Positions 27,795 through 37,986 of a DNA stretch of 64,000 nt are shown here, piece after piece (position 1 is the first letter of the stretch; every line of letters starts with the position of its first letter). A program made the translations under genes and the position numbers. The DNA is from Mariniphaga sp. (GTDB lineage: Bacteria > Bacteroidota > Bacteroidia > Bacteroidales > Prolixibacteraceae), in NCBI GenBank assembly GCA_041684965.1, contig JAWLGR010000017.1:28599-92598 (forward strand), written 5' to 3'. The notes beneath the pieces were generated by a model. The model was not told where the DNA came from. It was given only the letters and a program-made list of their open reading frames with translations, and searched no databases.

Positions 27795-28232
27795 TTATTT
27801 TAACAAGTTCATTTTACCGTCAGCAGTTGTTTTGGACAGTAAACGATCCATGTGGTCCTTGTGGATGTAATACAGGTTCCCGGAAGCACTGGTCTTGTCA
27901 AAAATAGCTGCCAGGCCATCGCTGCCATAAACGTAATGAAGCTTGCGCTCATTGCCCGATGCATCAACCTCCACCTCGTAATTGCCGCCAACGTAGTATT
28001 TAGTTTTCTCCAACACATTATTGTTGTACAGCCGGGTAATCTTACGTGCTTCATCAGGGCCGTAGGTGATTTCAAGCCGGTAATTGCCTTCACGTATGGT
28101 ATCTACCTTACTGAAGGGGGGTATCTTACAATCTGCTGTCTTACATGGTTACTGGCCAGGGTGTCATACTCAACGTTCTGGATTCCCAGGGTGGCCTTAA
28201 TTCGTTGCCCAGGTGGTAGCATCACTGGTTAA
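27795..28232 (-). pseudogene. Rhs/YD-repeat protein fragment
   Basis: The minus strand reads ...VDTIREGNYRLEITYGPDEARKITRLYNNNVLEKTKYYVGGNYEVEVDASGNERKLHYVYGSDGLAAIFDKTSASGNLYYIHKDH..TTADGK. An upstream piece (NVEYDTL) lies in another frame. There is no start or core domain, and the last codons run into the IS21 end. Confidence 0.55.
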
Positions 28233-28397
28233 GGTTGAAAACACTTTGCAGCATGGTATCCCATAAATGATTTACCGGATAAATATTCTCTCAGGCTTCT
28301 TTTAGATCATAAATCACAGTAAATCCGGGGCATTCAAAATTAATTATTTAATTTTGGGGAAAGTCAAGTAAAAACTAAATTAAATTCTGCAAAGAAA

Positions 28398-29777
28398 ATG
28401 TCCGGATTCAATTTTAAAGCGGGTTCATTAATATCCTTCACAGCCTTGGTACTGCTGTTGTTTATTCGCTGTTCTGATACTTCAAATGAAAAACAGTCAA
28501 AAACAAAGGTTTCCATAGTAAATAAAAGCTGGTATTTTAACGATGAAATTATCAATCCTGATTCACCAGCTGAAGGATTGTTAATGAATGTCCGTATGGT
28601 CAATGCTGTTTTCGAAGACAGGGGCCCTGAACTGGAGAAACAAACTGGCCTTTTTGATCCGGAAGGAAACATGCAGGAGTTTATAGATAAAATTCCTGAA
28701 TATGTATCCAACGGGGTGAATGCCTTTACAATTTCACTTCAGGGAGGAATGCCAGGCTATGAAGGGGCTGTTAATACTGCTTACAACCCGGACGGGTCAA
28801 CCAGGGAGGAGTATTTGCAAAGGGTTGAAAAGGTGATCAGGGCATGTGATGCAAACAATGCAGCCGTAATATTGACACTTTTTTACCAAAGACAGCATTC
28901 ACATGAATCTGCACTTACCGGAAAAGAAAGCATTAAGCAAGCGCTTGAAAATGTAATTAAATGGATAGTTGAAAAAAAATTCACCAATGTTCTGCTGGAG
29001 ATTTCTAATGAATACCGCCATGGAGGTTACCGCAACTGGCCCGACGGGGACTGGTTAATAAGTGAAGCCGGCCAGGTTGAATTAATAAATCTGGCAAAAG
29101 AGCTGGCTCCGGGCCTGCTGGTTAGTACCAGCGGAATGGGCAACGGATTGTTTCATGACGATCTGTCCAGGGCAGCTGACTTTCTGCTTATCCATTTCAA
29201 CAACACCTCACTGGAAGATTACGCTGAAAAAATTAACAACCTAAAAAAGTATGACAAGCCAATTGTTTGCAATGAAGACGATAAAATAAAAACAGAGGGT
29301 GCTGCCGGACTTGCTCTTGCAGTTTTAAACGGCTCAGGCTGGGGGTATATGAACATTGGAGTAAACCAATCCTTTCCATTCACTTTTTCGGGAATTGATG
29401 ATGACAAGGATGTGTACCGGATGTTCAGGAAAGTTACTACTCCCGGGTACCGTATCGATGCTGATTCCCTGAGACAAACTGCCATTACAATAATTTCCCC
29501 AAATGACGGAGATATTTTTCACTTAAGTGAAATAGTGAACATTAAATTATCCCACCTGTATCCGGACAATTCGGTTCCCTTCACAATTGAACTTCATGCC
29601 AACAACAATATAGTTGCCCTGGTTAAAGAAAAGCTTCAGGTTTCATGGAAACCGGAAGCCCCTGAAACTTATATCCTGGAGGCCGTTGTGAAAACCAGGC
29701 AGGGAATGGAAATCTACCGCTCACCTAAAGTGGACATAATAGTGGGACCAGCACTGCAGAAAGAAAAAGTAGAATAA
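28398..29777 (+). CDS. lipoprotein, clan GH-A (GH5-like) TIM-barrel glycoside hydrolase with a C-terminal Ig-like domain
   Basis: 459 aa with a lipobox (LLLFIRCSD). The candidate acid/base is in NVLLEISNEY and the candidate nucleophile is in KPIVCNEDD. The spacing is typical of (beta/alpha)8 clan A enzymes. Confidence 0.5.
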   Translation: MSGFNFKAGSLISFTALVLLLFIRCSDTSNEKQSKTKVSIVNKSWYFNDEIINPDSPAEGLLMNVRMVNAVFEDRGPELEKQTGLFDPEGNMQEFIDKIPEYVSNGVNAFTISLQGGMPGYEGAVNTAYNPDGSTREEYLQRVEKVIRACDANNAAVILTLFYQRQHSHESALTGKESIKQALENVIKWIVEKKFTNVLLEISNEYRHGGYRNWPDGDWLISEAGQVELINLAKELAPGLLVSTSGMGNGLFHDDLSRAADFLLIHFNNTSLEDYAEKINNLKKYDKPIVCNEDDKIKTEGAAGLALAVLNGSGWGYMNIGVNQSFPFTFSGIDDDKDVYRMFRKVTTPGYRIDADSLRQTAITIISPNDGDIFHLSEIVNIKLSHLYPDNSVPFTIELHANNNIVALVKEKLQVSWKPEAPETYILEAVVKTRQGMEIYRSPKVDIIVGPALQKEKVE

Positions 29778-29816
29778 AGTATGTCCAATATCTTTTAGAG
29801 CAAAATATTTACCTGT

Positions 29817-30822
29817 ATGACAGTACTGCTAAAAATGCCTGGATATGTTTTTTTATTGCTCAGTTTATACAGCAGCAATCCAACAACCCTATATACAGAG
29901 CAACCGGAGCAGGCTTTACTTCGAAAAACAGAAAAAGCACTCTCCTTTCTTGAAGCGAACTGTGGAGAAGACGGCATTAAAAAAGATTTTTAAAGGCCCT
30001 GAGGCTGATATCGCCCAGAATGTATGGTCATGTACCAAAACGTTCACCAGTATCGTCCTGGGCCTTTTAATCGCAGAAGGGAAATGTTCCCTTGACAGTA
30101 AAGTCAGTGATTTTCTTCCTGAATTGAAAGACCATTATCCGGAATTAACATTCAGGCATTTTGCCACACACACTTCCGGTTATAAAGCGGCCGGAGATAA
30201 AACCGCCGGAGGACACGGTCAGAGCAGCACACCGTTTACCCCATCATCAGACCCGCTGTTTGCACCGGGCTCAGCATTCAAATATTGGGATTCAGCAATG
30301 AATGTATTTGCAAAAGCACTAACAATGGTTGCAGGTGAACCACTTGAAGATTATTTTAAACGAAAAGTTGCTGAACCAATTGGCATGGATGATGATAAAT
30401 GGGGGTGGAAAGATTTTGGAATAATAGATGGAGTAATTGTAAACGGAGGGGCCGGTAACAAGGGAAGGGGAATTTTCATTTCTGCATCCGAAATGGCAAA
30501 ACTTGGTCAGTTGTATCTGAATAAAGGGAGTTGGAATGGCCGGTAAATTATTTCGGAGAATTGGGTGAAAGAAGCCACTCAACCACAAATTCATAAAATC
30601 ATTTCAGATGAAAACATTCCTTATGGTTTCAACTGGTGGACTTCAGATATATTCCCCGATGCCCCGGCAGGTACTTTCGCCGCCAAAGGCTTCAACAACA
30701 ATTTGTGTATTGTTATTCCCGAACTGGAGCTGATAATTGTTCGATTGGGCCTGGATGGAAATATCGACGATCAAATCTGGAATCAGTTTATTAAATTATT
30801 GATGCAGATCGACTGGAAATAA
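29817..30822 (+). pseudogene. beta-lactamase-family serine hydrolase, disrupted (5' frameshift and in-frame TAA)
   Basis: The signal-peptide-like start MTVLLKMPGYVFLLLSLYSS is in a different frame from the SxxK segment (VWSCTKTFTSIVLGLL). GSWNGR-TAA-IISENWVKEATQPQ is continuous in frame across the stop at 30544-30546. Confidence 0.65.
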
Positions 30823-31189
30823 TAAGACCTGTTCGCTTTTATGAGGATATACCAGGCAATTTACACAAACCGTGTAATTGTAATAAACGATGCTTAAAAA
30901 CATACTGAACATTTAAATCAAAAATAGGTACCGTTCTATATCAAATAATCAATTCTTTACTGTCATTCTTCCAATTCTTAACACAATTTCTCCAAGAATA
31001 TGTGATACGGGATACAGGATCTTCGAACATTCTAAGTTTCCTTTCTTTGGAAAATTAATGATAAACCAACGGATATATACAAACAAAAATTGGGAAAAGT
31101 ATGAACACCTTTCCCAATCCTGATTGAATATTTTTTTTGGATTACATATTTAAACAATTATATAACCCGGATCTAATTATACATCCTGC

Positions 31190-33046
31190 TTAATCAAAAT
31201 AATTGATGTACCAGTTTTGTTCATTCAGCAACAGGTTATAAATTTCATCTCTTCTTTCTTCAGGGAACTTTTGGGCGACAGCGTTAGCAAGGAACGAAGG
31301 ATCGTTCCGGCGTTTGGCCACTCGCATAAGGTCATAGAAGCGTTCACCTTCAAATGCAAGTTCCCTGGCACGTTCGTCCATAATGTATGTTTCAAGGAGT
31401 TCCTGTAACTTATTAAATTTTCCGGTTAAATCGATGTAACCTACAACTTCATTTGTGAACGGATCGTGGACATAATTTATATTCCCAACTTTAATTCCAT
31501 CATTGGAACCACCAAAACCAACACGCCCCCTTACACCTCTTTGCGGACGGTTACTGGCTGAACTGTAATTTCTTCCGTCGTTCACAATATTAACCGAATT
31601 GGTAGTAAATGTACTTATAATATTATTTCTTTCAAATGCCCAGTAAACATAAACTTCAGCAAGCCATAAATGAACACCGGCAGCTCGATAAATAATAAAG
31701 TTTGCATCCTGATCAAAAATATTCTTATTCCAGGAATATTTCCAAACTACGGTATCGGCATTGTGCCCGATTAAATTTGCATTACGGAAATCGTTGTGCG
31801 ATTTGAGGTAAAGCATATTTTCAATATCTTCTCTGGGAATAGGCACCCCATTGCGAAGATAAATATAAGAAACACCGTAACCTCTGTGAAAATCACCCGG
31901 AGTCCCTTTGTTGGTAGTCCTGGTTCTCCAGGGTTGGCTGTTATTTATCGAAACAGTGTAATTATCCCATATAGTCTCCCAGTTCAGTACAGCCTGTCTT
32001 GAAGGTTTTAACATATACTGATGAGGATTTCTAGGCTCAAAAATCTTCTGCAGCTCATTTTGTTGCTGGTTCCCTTTATTAAACCAAAGAGCAAGAATAT
32101 GTTCACGTGTATCAACGTTTCCAAAAATATTACGCCATCCTGCGTTCGAAAAAGTAGCATCCAGCTGGTATCTGTTGTTATCAGAAGGCAGGTATACAAT
32201 TCTTTCAAAATAGTGTGCTGCTTTGGAAAGGTCACCTTCAGTAAGATGCATTAACCCCAACAAGGTATTCATAGCATGAACATTCCAAATGGTAACTTCC
32301 CAGGTATTGTCATTGTTCTCAATAAAATGATTAACACCAACATCCTTAACTTTAGTTTTCAGCTCATTAGTAAAATAATCAATTACCAGTCTTTCATCAA
32401 AATATTGTCTTGTAAGAGTATCAATTGCATTATAAATAGTATCGTTATAGTATCCATCTGGTTTAAATTTTATATCAACATTATGAATATAGTATGACTC
32501 CGATTCAAGATAATTTTCAACGTCATCGATGGTTGTAAGTGATTCATGAATAAAAGGAATTTTCCCATAGATTCTCACGGCATTAAAATATGCCCATGCC
32601 CTCATACAAAGTGCTTCACCGTAAAGCCGGTCGTAATTGGTAACCGGGCTCTGAGGATCCATAACCTGCGGATGTTCCCGCTGAAGTATTCTTATCAGAT
32701 TATTACTGGCCGAAATTAATTTAAAGAAATTGGTAGGCGATACGTACTTATTCTCTTTTGATACATTGAAATTGTATATCTCAATCATATCGGCATCGGC
32801 ATTCTCAGTAACAGAAAGTAAATCCCCCCTCAGTTCACCTAATATTAATATCTGTTCAACCAGTTTTTGCTGAATGCCGTACATTCCCATCGCTGCTGAC
32901 CGGTACTCATACCAGTCGTCGAATAACTTGTCTTCTGTGACATTAATTTCCTGATCAGGTGTCAAAAAATCTTTACACGAATAAAGGAAAGAAACTGACA
33001 CTACTAAAGACAAAATTATAACCTTGTATTTACTGAAATTTTTCAT
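31190..33046 (-). CDS. SusD/RagB family nutrient-binding outer-membrane lipoprotein (pair 2)
   Basis: The start is taken at MKNFSKYKVIILSLVVSVSFLYSCKDF. Motifs: CMRAWAYFNAVRIYGKIPF and ERARELAFEGERFYDLMR. Confidence 0.9.
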   Translation of the reverse strand: MKNFSKYKVIILSLVVSVSFLYSCKDFLTPDQEINVTEDKLFDDWYEYRSAAMGMYGIQQKLVEQILILGELRGDLLSVTENADADMIEIYNFNVSKENKYVSPTNFFKLISASNNLIRILQREHPQVMDPQSPVTNYDRLYGEALCMRAWAYFNAVRIYGKIPFIHESLTTIDDVENYLESESYYIHNVDIKFKPDGYYNDTIYNAIDTLTRQYFDERLVIDYFTNELKTKVKDVGVNHFIENNDNTWEVTIWNVHAMNTLLGLMHLTEGDLSKAAHYFERIVYLPSDNNRYQLDATFSNAGWRNIFGNVDTREHILALWFNKGNQQQNELQKIFEPRNPHQYMLKPSRQAVLNWETIWDNYTVSINNSQPWRTRTTNKGTPGDFHRGYGVSYIYLRNGVPIPREDIENMLYLKSHNDFRNANLIGHNADTVVWKYSWNKNIFDQDANFIIYRAAGVHLWLAEVYVYWAFERNNIISTFTTNSVNIVNDGRNYSSASNRPQRGVRGRVGFGGSNDGIKVGNINYVHDPFTNEVVGYIDLTGKFNKLQELLETYIMDERARELAFEGERFYDLMRVAKRRNDPSFLANAVAQKFPEERRDEIYNLLLNEQNWYINYFD

Positions 33047-33068
33047 GGTATACAAACTAACTAACATG

Positions 33069-36000
33069 TTATAAACCTAATTTAACACCAACCATAAATT
33101 GGCGCGGTTGTGGACTCATTCCATAATCGATTCCCTGATCTGCCTGCCTGAAAGAATAAGCGAATTCAGGATCATAACCCAGGTACTTTGAAAATGTGAA
33201 TACATTACTGGCAGATATATAAAACTGAGAATTTCTAAAAAACAGGAATTCTTCAGGAATCGTATAGCTTAATGAAAGATTTTTCACTCTGACATAGGAA
33301 CCGTCTTCAATCCAACGGGTAGAGAAGGCAGCGTTTCCGACCGGATCGTTCCAGAGTGCACGGGGCACTGAGGTTTGATGTCCTTCATACTGCCATCTGT
33401 TTAATACACTGGTACTTTGATTCTGCAGGCCGGTCATGCTCTCATTTTTGTAGCGCACATAATTAAATACTTCGTGTCCGTAGGCAAACTGAAAGAAAGC
33501 ACTTAATTCCCAGCGTTTCAAAGTGAAAGTATTTGAGAAACCACCAAAATACACAGGTAAAGAAGACCCGATAACTGTTTTGTCATAGTTATTAATGATT
33601 CCATCAGGTACACCCTGAGGCCCGGAAATGTCAGCAAATTTAGCATCGCCACCACGGAATCGAATCAACCTCTCATTCCGCAGTCCTGAATTTAATGCTT
33701 CTTCAGTAGATGTGAATACCCCTTCAAAAATATACCCATAAAAACTGTTGGCGCGGGCTCCCGGTATATTAATAATTTCAGCACCTTCAATTTCCGTTAT
33801 CAAACGGTTCCCTTTAATTTCCAGCACTTCATTTTTTACCGTTGACAGGGCAGTCTGCATATCCCATTTAAAAACAGGTCTGTCAACCAACCTGAAAAAG
33901 ATTCCAAGATCAATACCTTCATTTTGCATTTTACCACTGTTTTCAGGCCTGAAATCATATCCGAAATAAGCCTTCAAAGGGGTATAAATGAGCATATTTT
34001 CAGTAGTTGATTTATAAAGGTCTACACTGGCCACAAATCTGTTTCCGAACAGAGAAAGGTCAACTCCGGCATTCATTTGTTCAACAGTTTCATAGGTAAG
34101 CTCTTCGTTGGGTATTAATGCCGGATACAAACCAACAGTCTCTCTGAATTTAATAGAAGTGTAATAATTTGTTGCATTTGATTCACCAATATCATCATTA
34201 CCGGTAACACCATAGGTAGCCCTTATTTTTAATTCTTCCAGCCAGGATATATTCCGGAAACCAGGTTCGTTTGAAATGCGCCAGCCTACACCCCCTCCAT
34301 AAAAGAGGCCAAATGGAACATCATTGATTTTATAGGTATCGGCAGCGTTTCTCCCAAGCCGTGAAGAACCATCAAGGGAAACTGAACCCGAAAGAAGGTA
34401 CTTATCTTTATAGCTGTAAGAAATATGTTCATAGAAGGAAAGCCAGTTCCAGTTTTTGTTTTCTCCGCCCATTTCCCTCAGGTTGTTTGTACCATCCTGT
34501 AACATACGGTACTGGTCGTTCTCATGGGCATTTTTTGTCAACCCCCAGTCCAGTTCAAAATCATTTGTTAACAGGTTAAACCCTGTATTGCTGGATATAT
34601 GATGGTTCTTACCTATATTGTTCGAATATCTCAGGAATGTATTATTATAAAGAGAGGTAAGCGTATTGGTAGTACCCTTTGATACATTTATTGCTTCATT
34701 ATCGTAATAGGTTTCCATACCTCTGTTCGGCATAAAAACCAACTCCTTTAATACATTGTAAGTTAAGCCAAAATTAGATTTAAGACTCAGGTTTTTATGA
34801 AGTGTAGCCTCTGCTCCAATCGTTGAAATAAAATGCACATTGTTATTGGAAGCCTCATAATTATCTATTATAGCTTGTGGATTGCTAACTCCAAGCTCAT
34901 CAACCGGAGACAATATAAGAATTTCTCTTCCTTCCCTGTCATAACGAAATGGATTCAACATAGGCGATTTACCAAGACTGGCTAAAATTGGATTGGTTTG
35001 TGAAACCTTTGCCGATTCCTTTAAATTGGAAGTACTGTAATTCAAAGACATACCAGCATCCATAGTCAACCAGGGAAATATGTTTAACAGACTGACAAAC
35101 CGCAGATTAAAACCATCGTAATCAGTTGTTTTTATGATACCGTTTGCATTCATATACCCAAAGGATAAGCCATACCGTGCAATCTCATCTCCTCCTTTAA
35201 CATTAACGTTTATGTTTGAAAAAACAGCATTACCGAAAATAGCATCCTGCCACCTGGTATCGTGCTGGTAATCGATAAACCGGTCGTCTCTGGGAGTTAA
35301 AAACAGGTTAGGAAAGTCAAGAAGGGTCAGTTCTTCGTATTTACCTGAAGAAACCAGCACTTCACTAATCAATGTTTTATGCTGGCCTGCATTTAACTGC
35401 GGTATCTGCCGGATAGGAGAAAGTGAGTACCCACTTCGGAAATCAAAATCAATAACTGTTTGAGTTGCAGAAGGTGCTAGTGTTTCAATAAGGATAAGGC
35501 CATTTGAAGCCTTAGACCCATATGCAGCAGTTATAGCAGGATCTTTAACAACAGTTACTTTAGATATATCAAGGTTATTAACACTGAGCAATGGATTGTA
35601 TGAATATCCATCAAGGTTGGAACCAAAAACATTATGCGGAGTTAAAGGTATACCGTCAACTATTATTAGCGGCTGGGTGGATGCATTTAATGAATTTATT
35701 CCCCGCAATAACATGAAAGCTCCACTACCCGGGTCACCTGAGCGGCTTACAACATGCATACCTGAAACTTTTCCCTGAAGAAACTGATCGACAGTAAGGG
35801 CAGGAAACTTTTTAATATTCTCAGTACTAACTGTTGAAAGTGATGAAACTATATCCTGTTTCAATACAGGCTGCGACAATAATTTTATTTGGTCGTCACC
35901 AGATTCTAAATCATTGGAAGTCAGAAATATTTTTATCTCATCCCGATTATTTAGAAAAACTCTTTTTGATTTATAATTACTTGAAGGTTCAATATTTAAC

Positions 36001-36236
36001 CAATCCGATTTTGATGAAGCAACTACAGTAAAATTTCCATCTGCATCTGTCACGGCAGGTAGTTCATACGACCCTTCAACAGCTACTGAAACATTTGGAA
36101 CAGGTTCATTTATCCCGTTAACTATTTTTCCTTTGACTACAATTGATTCCTGCTCCTGAGCATAAGTAAATGTAAATCCGAAAACAAATAGTATTGTTAT
36201 CAGGATGAGCTTTTCGAGTTTAGTAAGATTGTACAT
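33069..36236 (-). CDS. SusC/RagA family TonB-dependent receptor (pair 2)
   Basis: The start is taken at the internal MYNLTKLEKLILITILFVFGFTFTYAQ (ATG 36234-36236). The longer ORF would overlap the upstream gene. It has a carboxypeptidase-regulatory-like domain (VVKGKIVNGINEPVPNVSVAVEG), a plug (MLLRGINSLNASTQPLIIVDGIPL) and a beta-barrel end (FMVGVKLGL). Confidence 0.9.
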   Translation of the reverse strand: MYNLTKLEKLILITILFVFGFTFTYAQEQESIVVKGKIVNGINEPVPNVSVAVEGSYELPAVTDADGNFTVVASSKSDWLNIEPSSNYKSKRVFLNNRDEIKIFLTSNDLESGDDQIKLLSQPVLKQDIVSSLSTVSTENIKKFPALTVDQFLQGKVSGMHVVSRSGDPGSGAFMLLRGINSLNASTQPLIIVDGIPLTPHNVFGSNLDGYSYNPLLSVNNLDISKVTVVKDPAITAAYGSKASNGLILIETLAPSATQTVIDFDFRSGYSLSPIRQIPQLNAGQHKTLISEVLVSSGKYEELTLLDFPNLFLTPRDDRFIDYQHDTRWQDAIFGNAVFSNINVNVKGGDEIARYGLSFGYMNANGIIKTTDYDGFNLRFVSLLNIFPWLTMDAGMSLNYSTSNLKESAKVSQTNPILASLGKSPMLNPFRYDREGREILILSPVDELGVSNPQAIIDNYEASNNNVHFISTIGAEATLHKNLSLKSNFGLTYNVLKELVFMPNRGMETYYDNEAINVSKGTTNTLTSLYNNTFLRYSNNIGKNHHISSNTGFNLLTNDFELDWGLTKNAHENDQYRMLQDGTNNLREMGGENKNWNWLSFYEHISYSYKDKYLLSGSVSLDGSSRLGRNAADTYKINDVPFGLFYGGGVGWRISNEPGFRNISWLEELKIRATYGVTGNDDIGESNATNYYTSIKFRETVGLYPALIPNEELTYETVEQMNAGVDLSLFGNRFVASVDLYKSTTENMLIYTPLKAYFGYDFRPENSGKMQNEGIDLGIFFRLVDRPVFKWDMQTALSTVKNEVLEIKGNRLITEIEGAEIINIPGARANSFYGYIFEGVFTSTEEALNSGLRNERLIRFRGGDAKFADISGPQGVPDGIINNYDKTVIGSSLPVYFGGFSNTFTLKRWELSAFFQFAYGHEVFNYVRYKNESMTGLQNQSTSVLNRWQYEGHQTSVPRALWNDPVGNAAFSTRWIEDGSYVRVKNLSLSYTIPEEFLFFRNSQFYISASNVFTFSKYLGYDPEFAYSFRQADQGIDYGMSPQPRQFMVGVKLGL

Positions 36237-36426
36237 GTTTTGTAAGCTTTTCCCTTTTGGTTTATTTATGGAACAGGATAATTGCTCCCGTTCCTGTAAT
36301 TCGGTTTTTATTCTGGTCCTGGTTATTCCACTCATAACAAAATCTTTGAAGCGGTTTAAAGAACAACAATCCGGAATGTATTTAGCATTCGTCATTCTGT
36401 ATATTTCCTTATTAACATCCATTAAT

Positions 36427-37971
36427 TTAAAAATTAGATGCAGGCACAAAATCGATGTAATCTATAACCAACCCATTATTGGGTACGAACCCAGGGCCTT
36501 TATATTCAAACCGGATTTTAGCCCGACCATATTCCTGTATATTATCTACCCACATATCAAACCTGTTAAAATTACCTTGCGGTAAATAGCGTCTTCCGGG
36601 AATTACACTCGGCATTATTTGTCTGTACCGTGTATAATCATACCAGTCAAACGTTCTGACAAGTTCATCATTGACATATATATCATAAATACCTCCAATA
36701 TTCATATGGGTGGCCACAATCATCAAATATTTTCTGGGAAACATCTTTTTGGTATTGAATTCCAGCGAGAATTTTTTGTTGTATCCCTTCGGAAATAAAA
36801 CCCTAATGATTGTATCGTTTGATGCAGTACTGATGTATTCCTGAAGTGGTGGGAAGAATTGATCACTTTTAACCATATCACTGGTTATCCATGAGTATCT
36901 GTTGATCCCCGTTTCATTCAGAAGCCACTCAGCCTCAAAAACATTTGAGCCTGAATGAAGTGAATCAGGAATTTGATAATTTCTATAGTTGTATGCATAC
37001 CCATTACTTAACAGCACCTTATCGACCGGCTTGTAGAAAATCCAGATACTGTCACCAAGTATATTTCTAAGTTTTAAAGTATCTTTTGCTGATTTGGCAA
37101 CAAAATCTTCAGGTTCCAGCAGGTTCTCAAATATTCCCTGTTCCAGCAAATGAGGTATCAAGACTTCATTCTGCCAGTCAAGAGGGATGTCAGTATGATC
37201 AACATAACCAGGTATTTCAAGTTTTTGTGCCATTTCTGTCAGTGCTCCCCTGTAATCTTCCTCTTTTGGAAATACGATTGTGGCAGTCTGATTCCGGAAT
37301 TCTTTACTCACAGGAAAAAATTCAGCTTCAAATTTATTGTAATCTATAATTACAGAATCGAAAATTGTATTGCCATTCTCATCAAATCCAATGGGTTTAC
37401 TCTTTTCCCTGTCAAGAATTACAGAGTCCTGGCTGTCGATATAGTCTTTAAGAATAGGATTCGTTAAAGCAAAATATTCGTAAAGATTGGGTAGTGGCTT
37501 TGCTACCTGTTCCAGTATATAAAACTTACCATTCTTATACAAGGGACTTTCCTTACTGATTGTTATCTCATCCAGTTTTAATTCGCCACCTGATTTTCTA
37601 AAATAGGCAAACTTTTTAGCCAGTGTTTGTATCTGCCTCGTTCCGACAATATTCCCCGATTGGATGAAATGTGTTGAAATGTGATATTCAACAAGTTTTT
37701 TATCAATTTCATTTTCACTTCTGAAAGCCTGAACAGCTTCGTTAGTCGGAAGAAACAAAGTATACGAGTTATCAGTTAAAAAAAGTGTATCGTACTTAAA
37801 ATCTTTTAAAATCTGTACAAATTCCGATAATTCCGGCTGCTGTTGCACTGCGTTCCAGACATTTTCATTAACCGTTTCGGGGTAAATATCATAATGGTCT
37901 TCCCAATCTCTCTCACAGGAAACTATAAAAAGGAAGGCCAGCGGTATTAATATGTATGATTTCAACTTCAT
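36427..37971 (-). CDS. fasciclin (FAS1) domain lipoprotein with a C-terminal beta-sandwich (CBM-like) domain
   Basis: 514 aa with a lipobox (LFIVSCER). FAS1 signature: LSEFVQILKDFKYDTLFLTDNSYTLFLPTNEAVQAF and VEYHIS. The C-terminus is GLVIDYIDFVP. Confidence 0.7.
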   Translation of the reverse strand: MKLKSYILIPLAFLFIVSCERDWEDHYDIYPETVNENVWNAVQQQPELSEFVQILKDFKYDTLFLTDNSYTLFLPTNEAVQAFRSENEIDKKLVEYHISTHFIQSGNIVGTRQIQTLAKKFAYFRKSGGELKLDEITISKESPLYKNGKFYILEQVAKPLPNLYEYFALTNPILKDYIDSQDSVILDREKSKPIGFDENGNTIFDSVIIDYNKFEAEFFPVSKEFRNQTATIVFPKEEDYRGALTEMAQKLEIPGYVDHTDIPLDWQNEVLIPHLLEQGIFENLLEPEDFVAKSAKDTLKLRNILGDSIWIFYKPVDKVLLSNGYAYNYRNYQIPDSLHSGSNVFEAEWLLNETGINRYSWITSDMVKSDQFFPPLQEYISTASNDTIIRVLFPKGYNKKFSLEFNTKKMFPRKYLMIVATHMNIGGIYDIYVNDELVRTFDWYDYTRYRQIMPSVIPGRRYLPQGNFNRFDMWVDNIQEYGRAKIRFEYKGPGFVPNNGLVIDYIDFVPASNF

Positions 37972-37986
37972 TTTGCTAATGGTTTA

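Larger units (their letters stand above)
25395..27804 (+). mobile_element. IS21-family insertion sequence (istA + istB), apparently intact
   Basis: The imperfect terminal inverted repeats start GTTAA. Each end carries two copies of a GT(A/G)TACCAC motif. The element is flanked by an 11-bp direct repeat AAGTTCATTTT (25384-25394 and 27805-27815). Confidence 0.9.

Noticed and set aside
31089-31140. Hairpin attgggaaa-N12-tttcccaat followed at a distance by a T run, as a terminator between the convergent genes
   Set aside because: The loop is long (12 nt), and the T run is separated from the stem by ~13 nt. This is too weak to call.
36237-36449. N-terminal extension of the SusC ORF (the track start at 36449 gives 1126 aa)
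   Set aside because: The extension (MCLHLIFKLMDVNKEIY...) is not signal-peptide-like and would overlap the upstream FAS1 gene. The internal Met at 36236 is followed by a typical signal peptide and the carboxypeptidase-regulatory-like domain.
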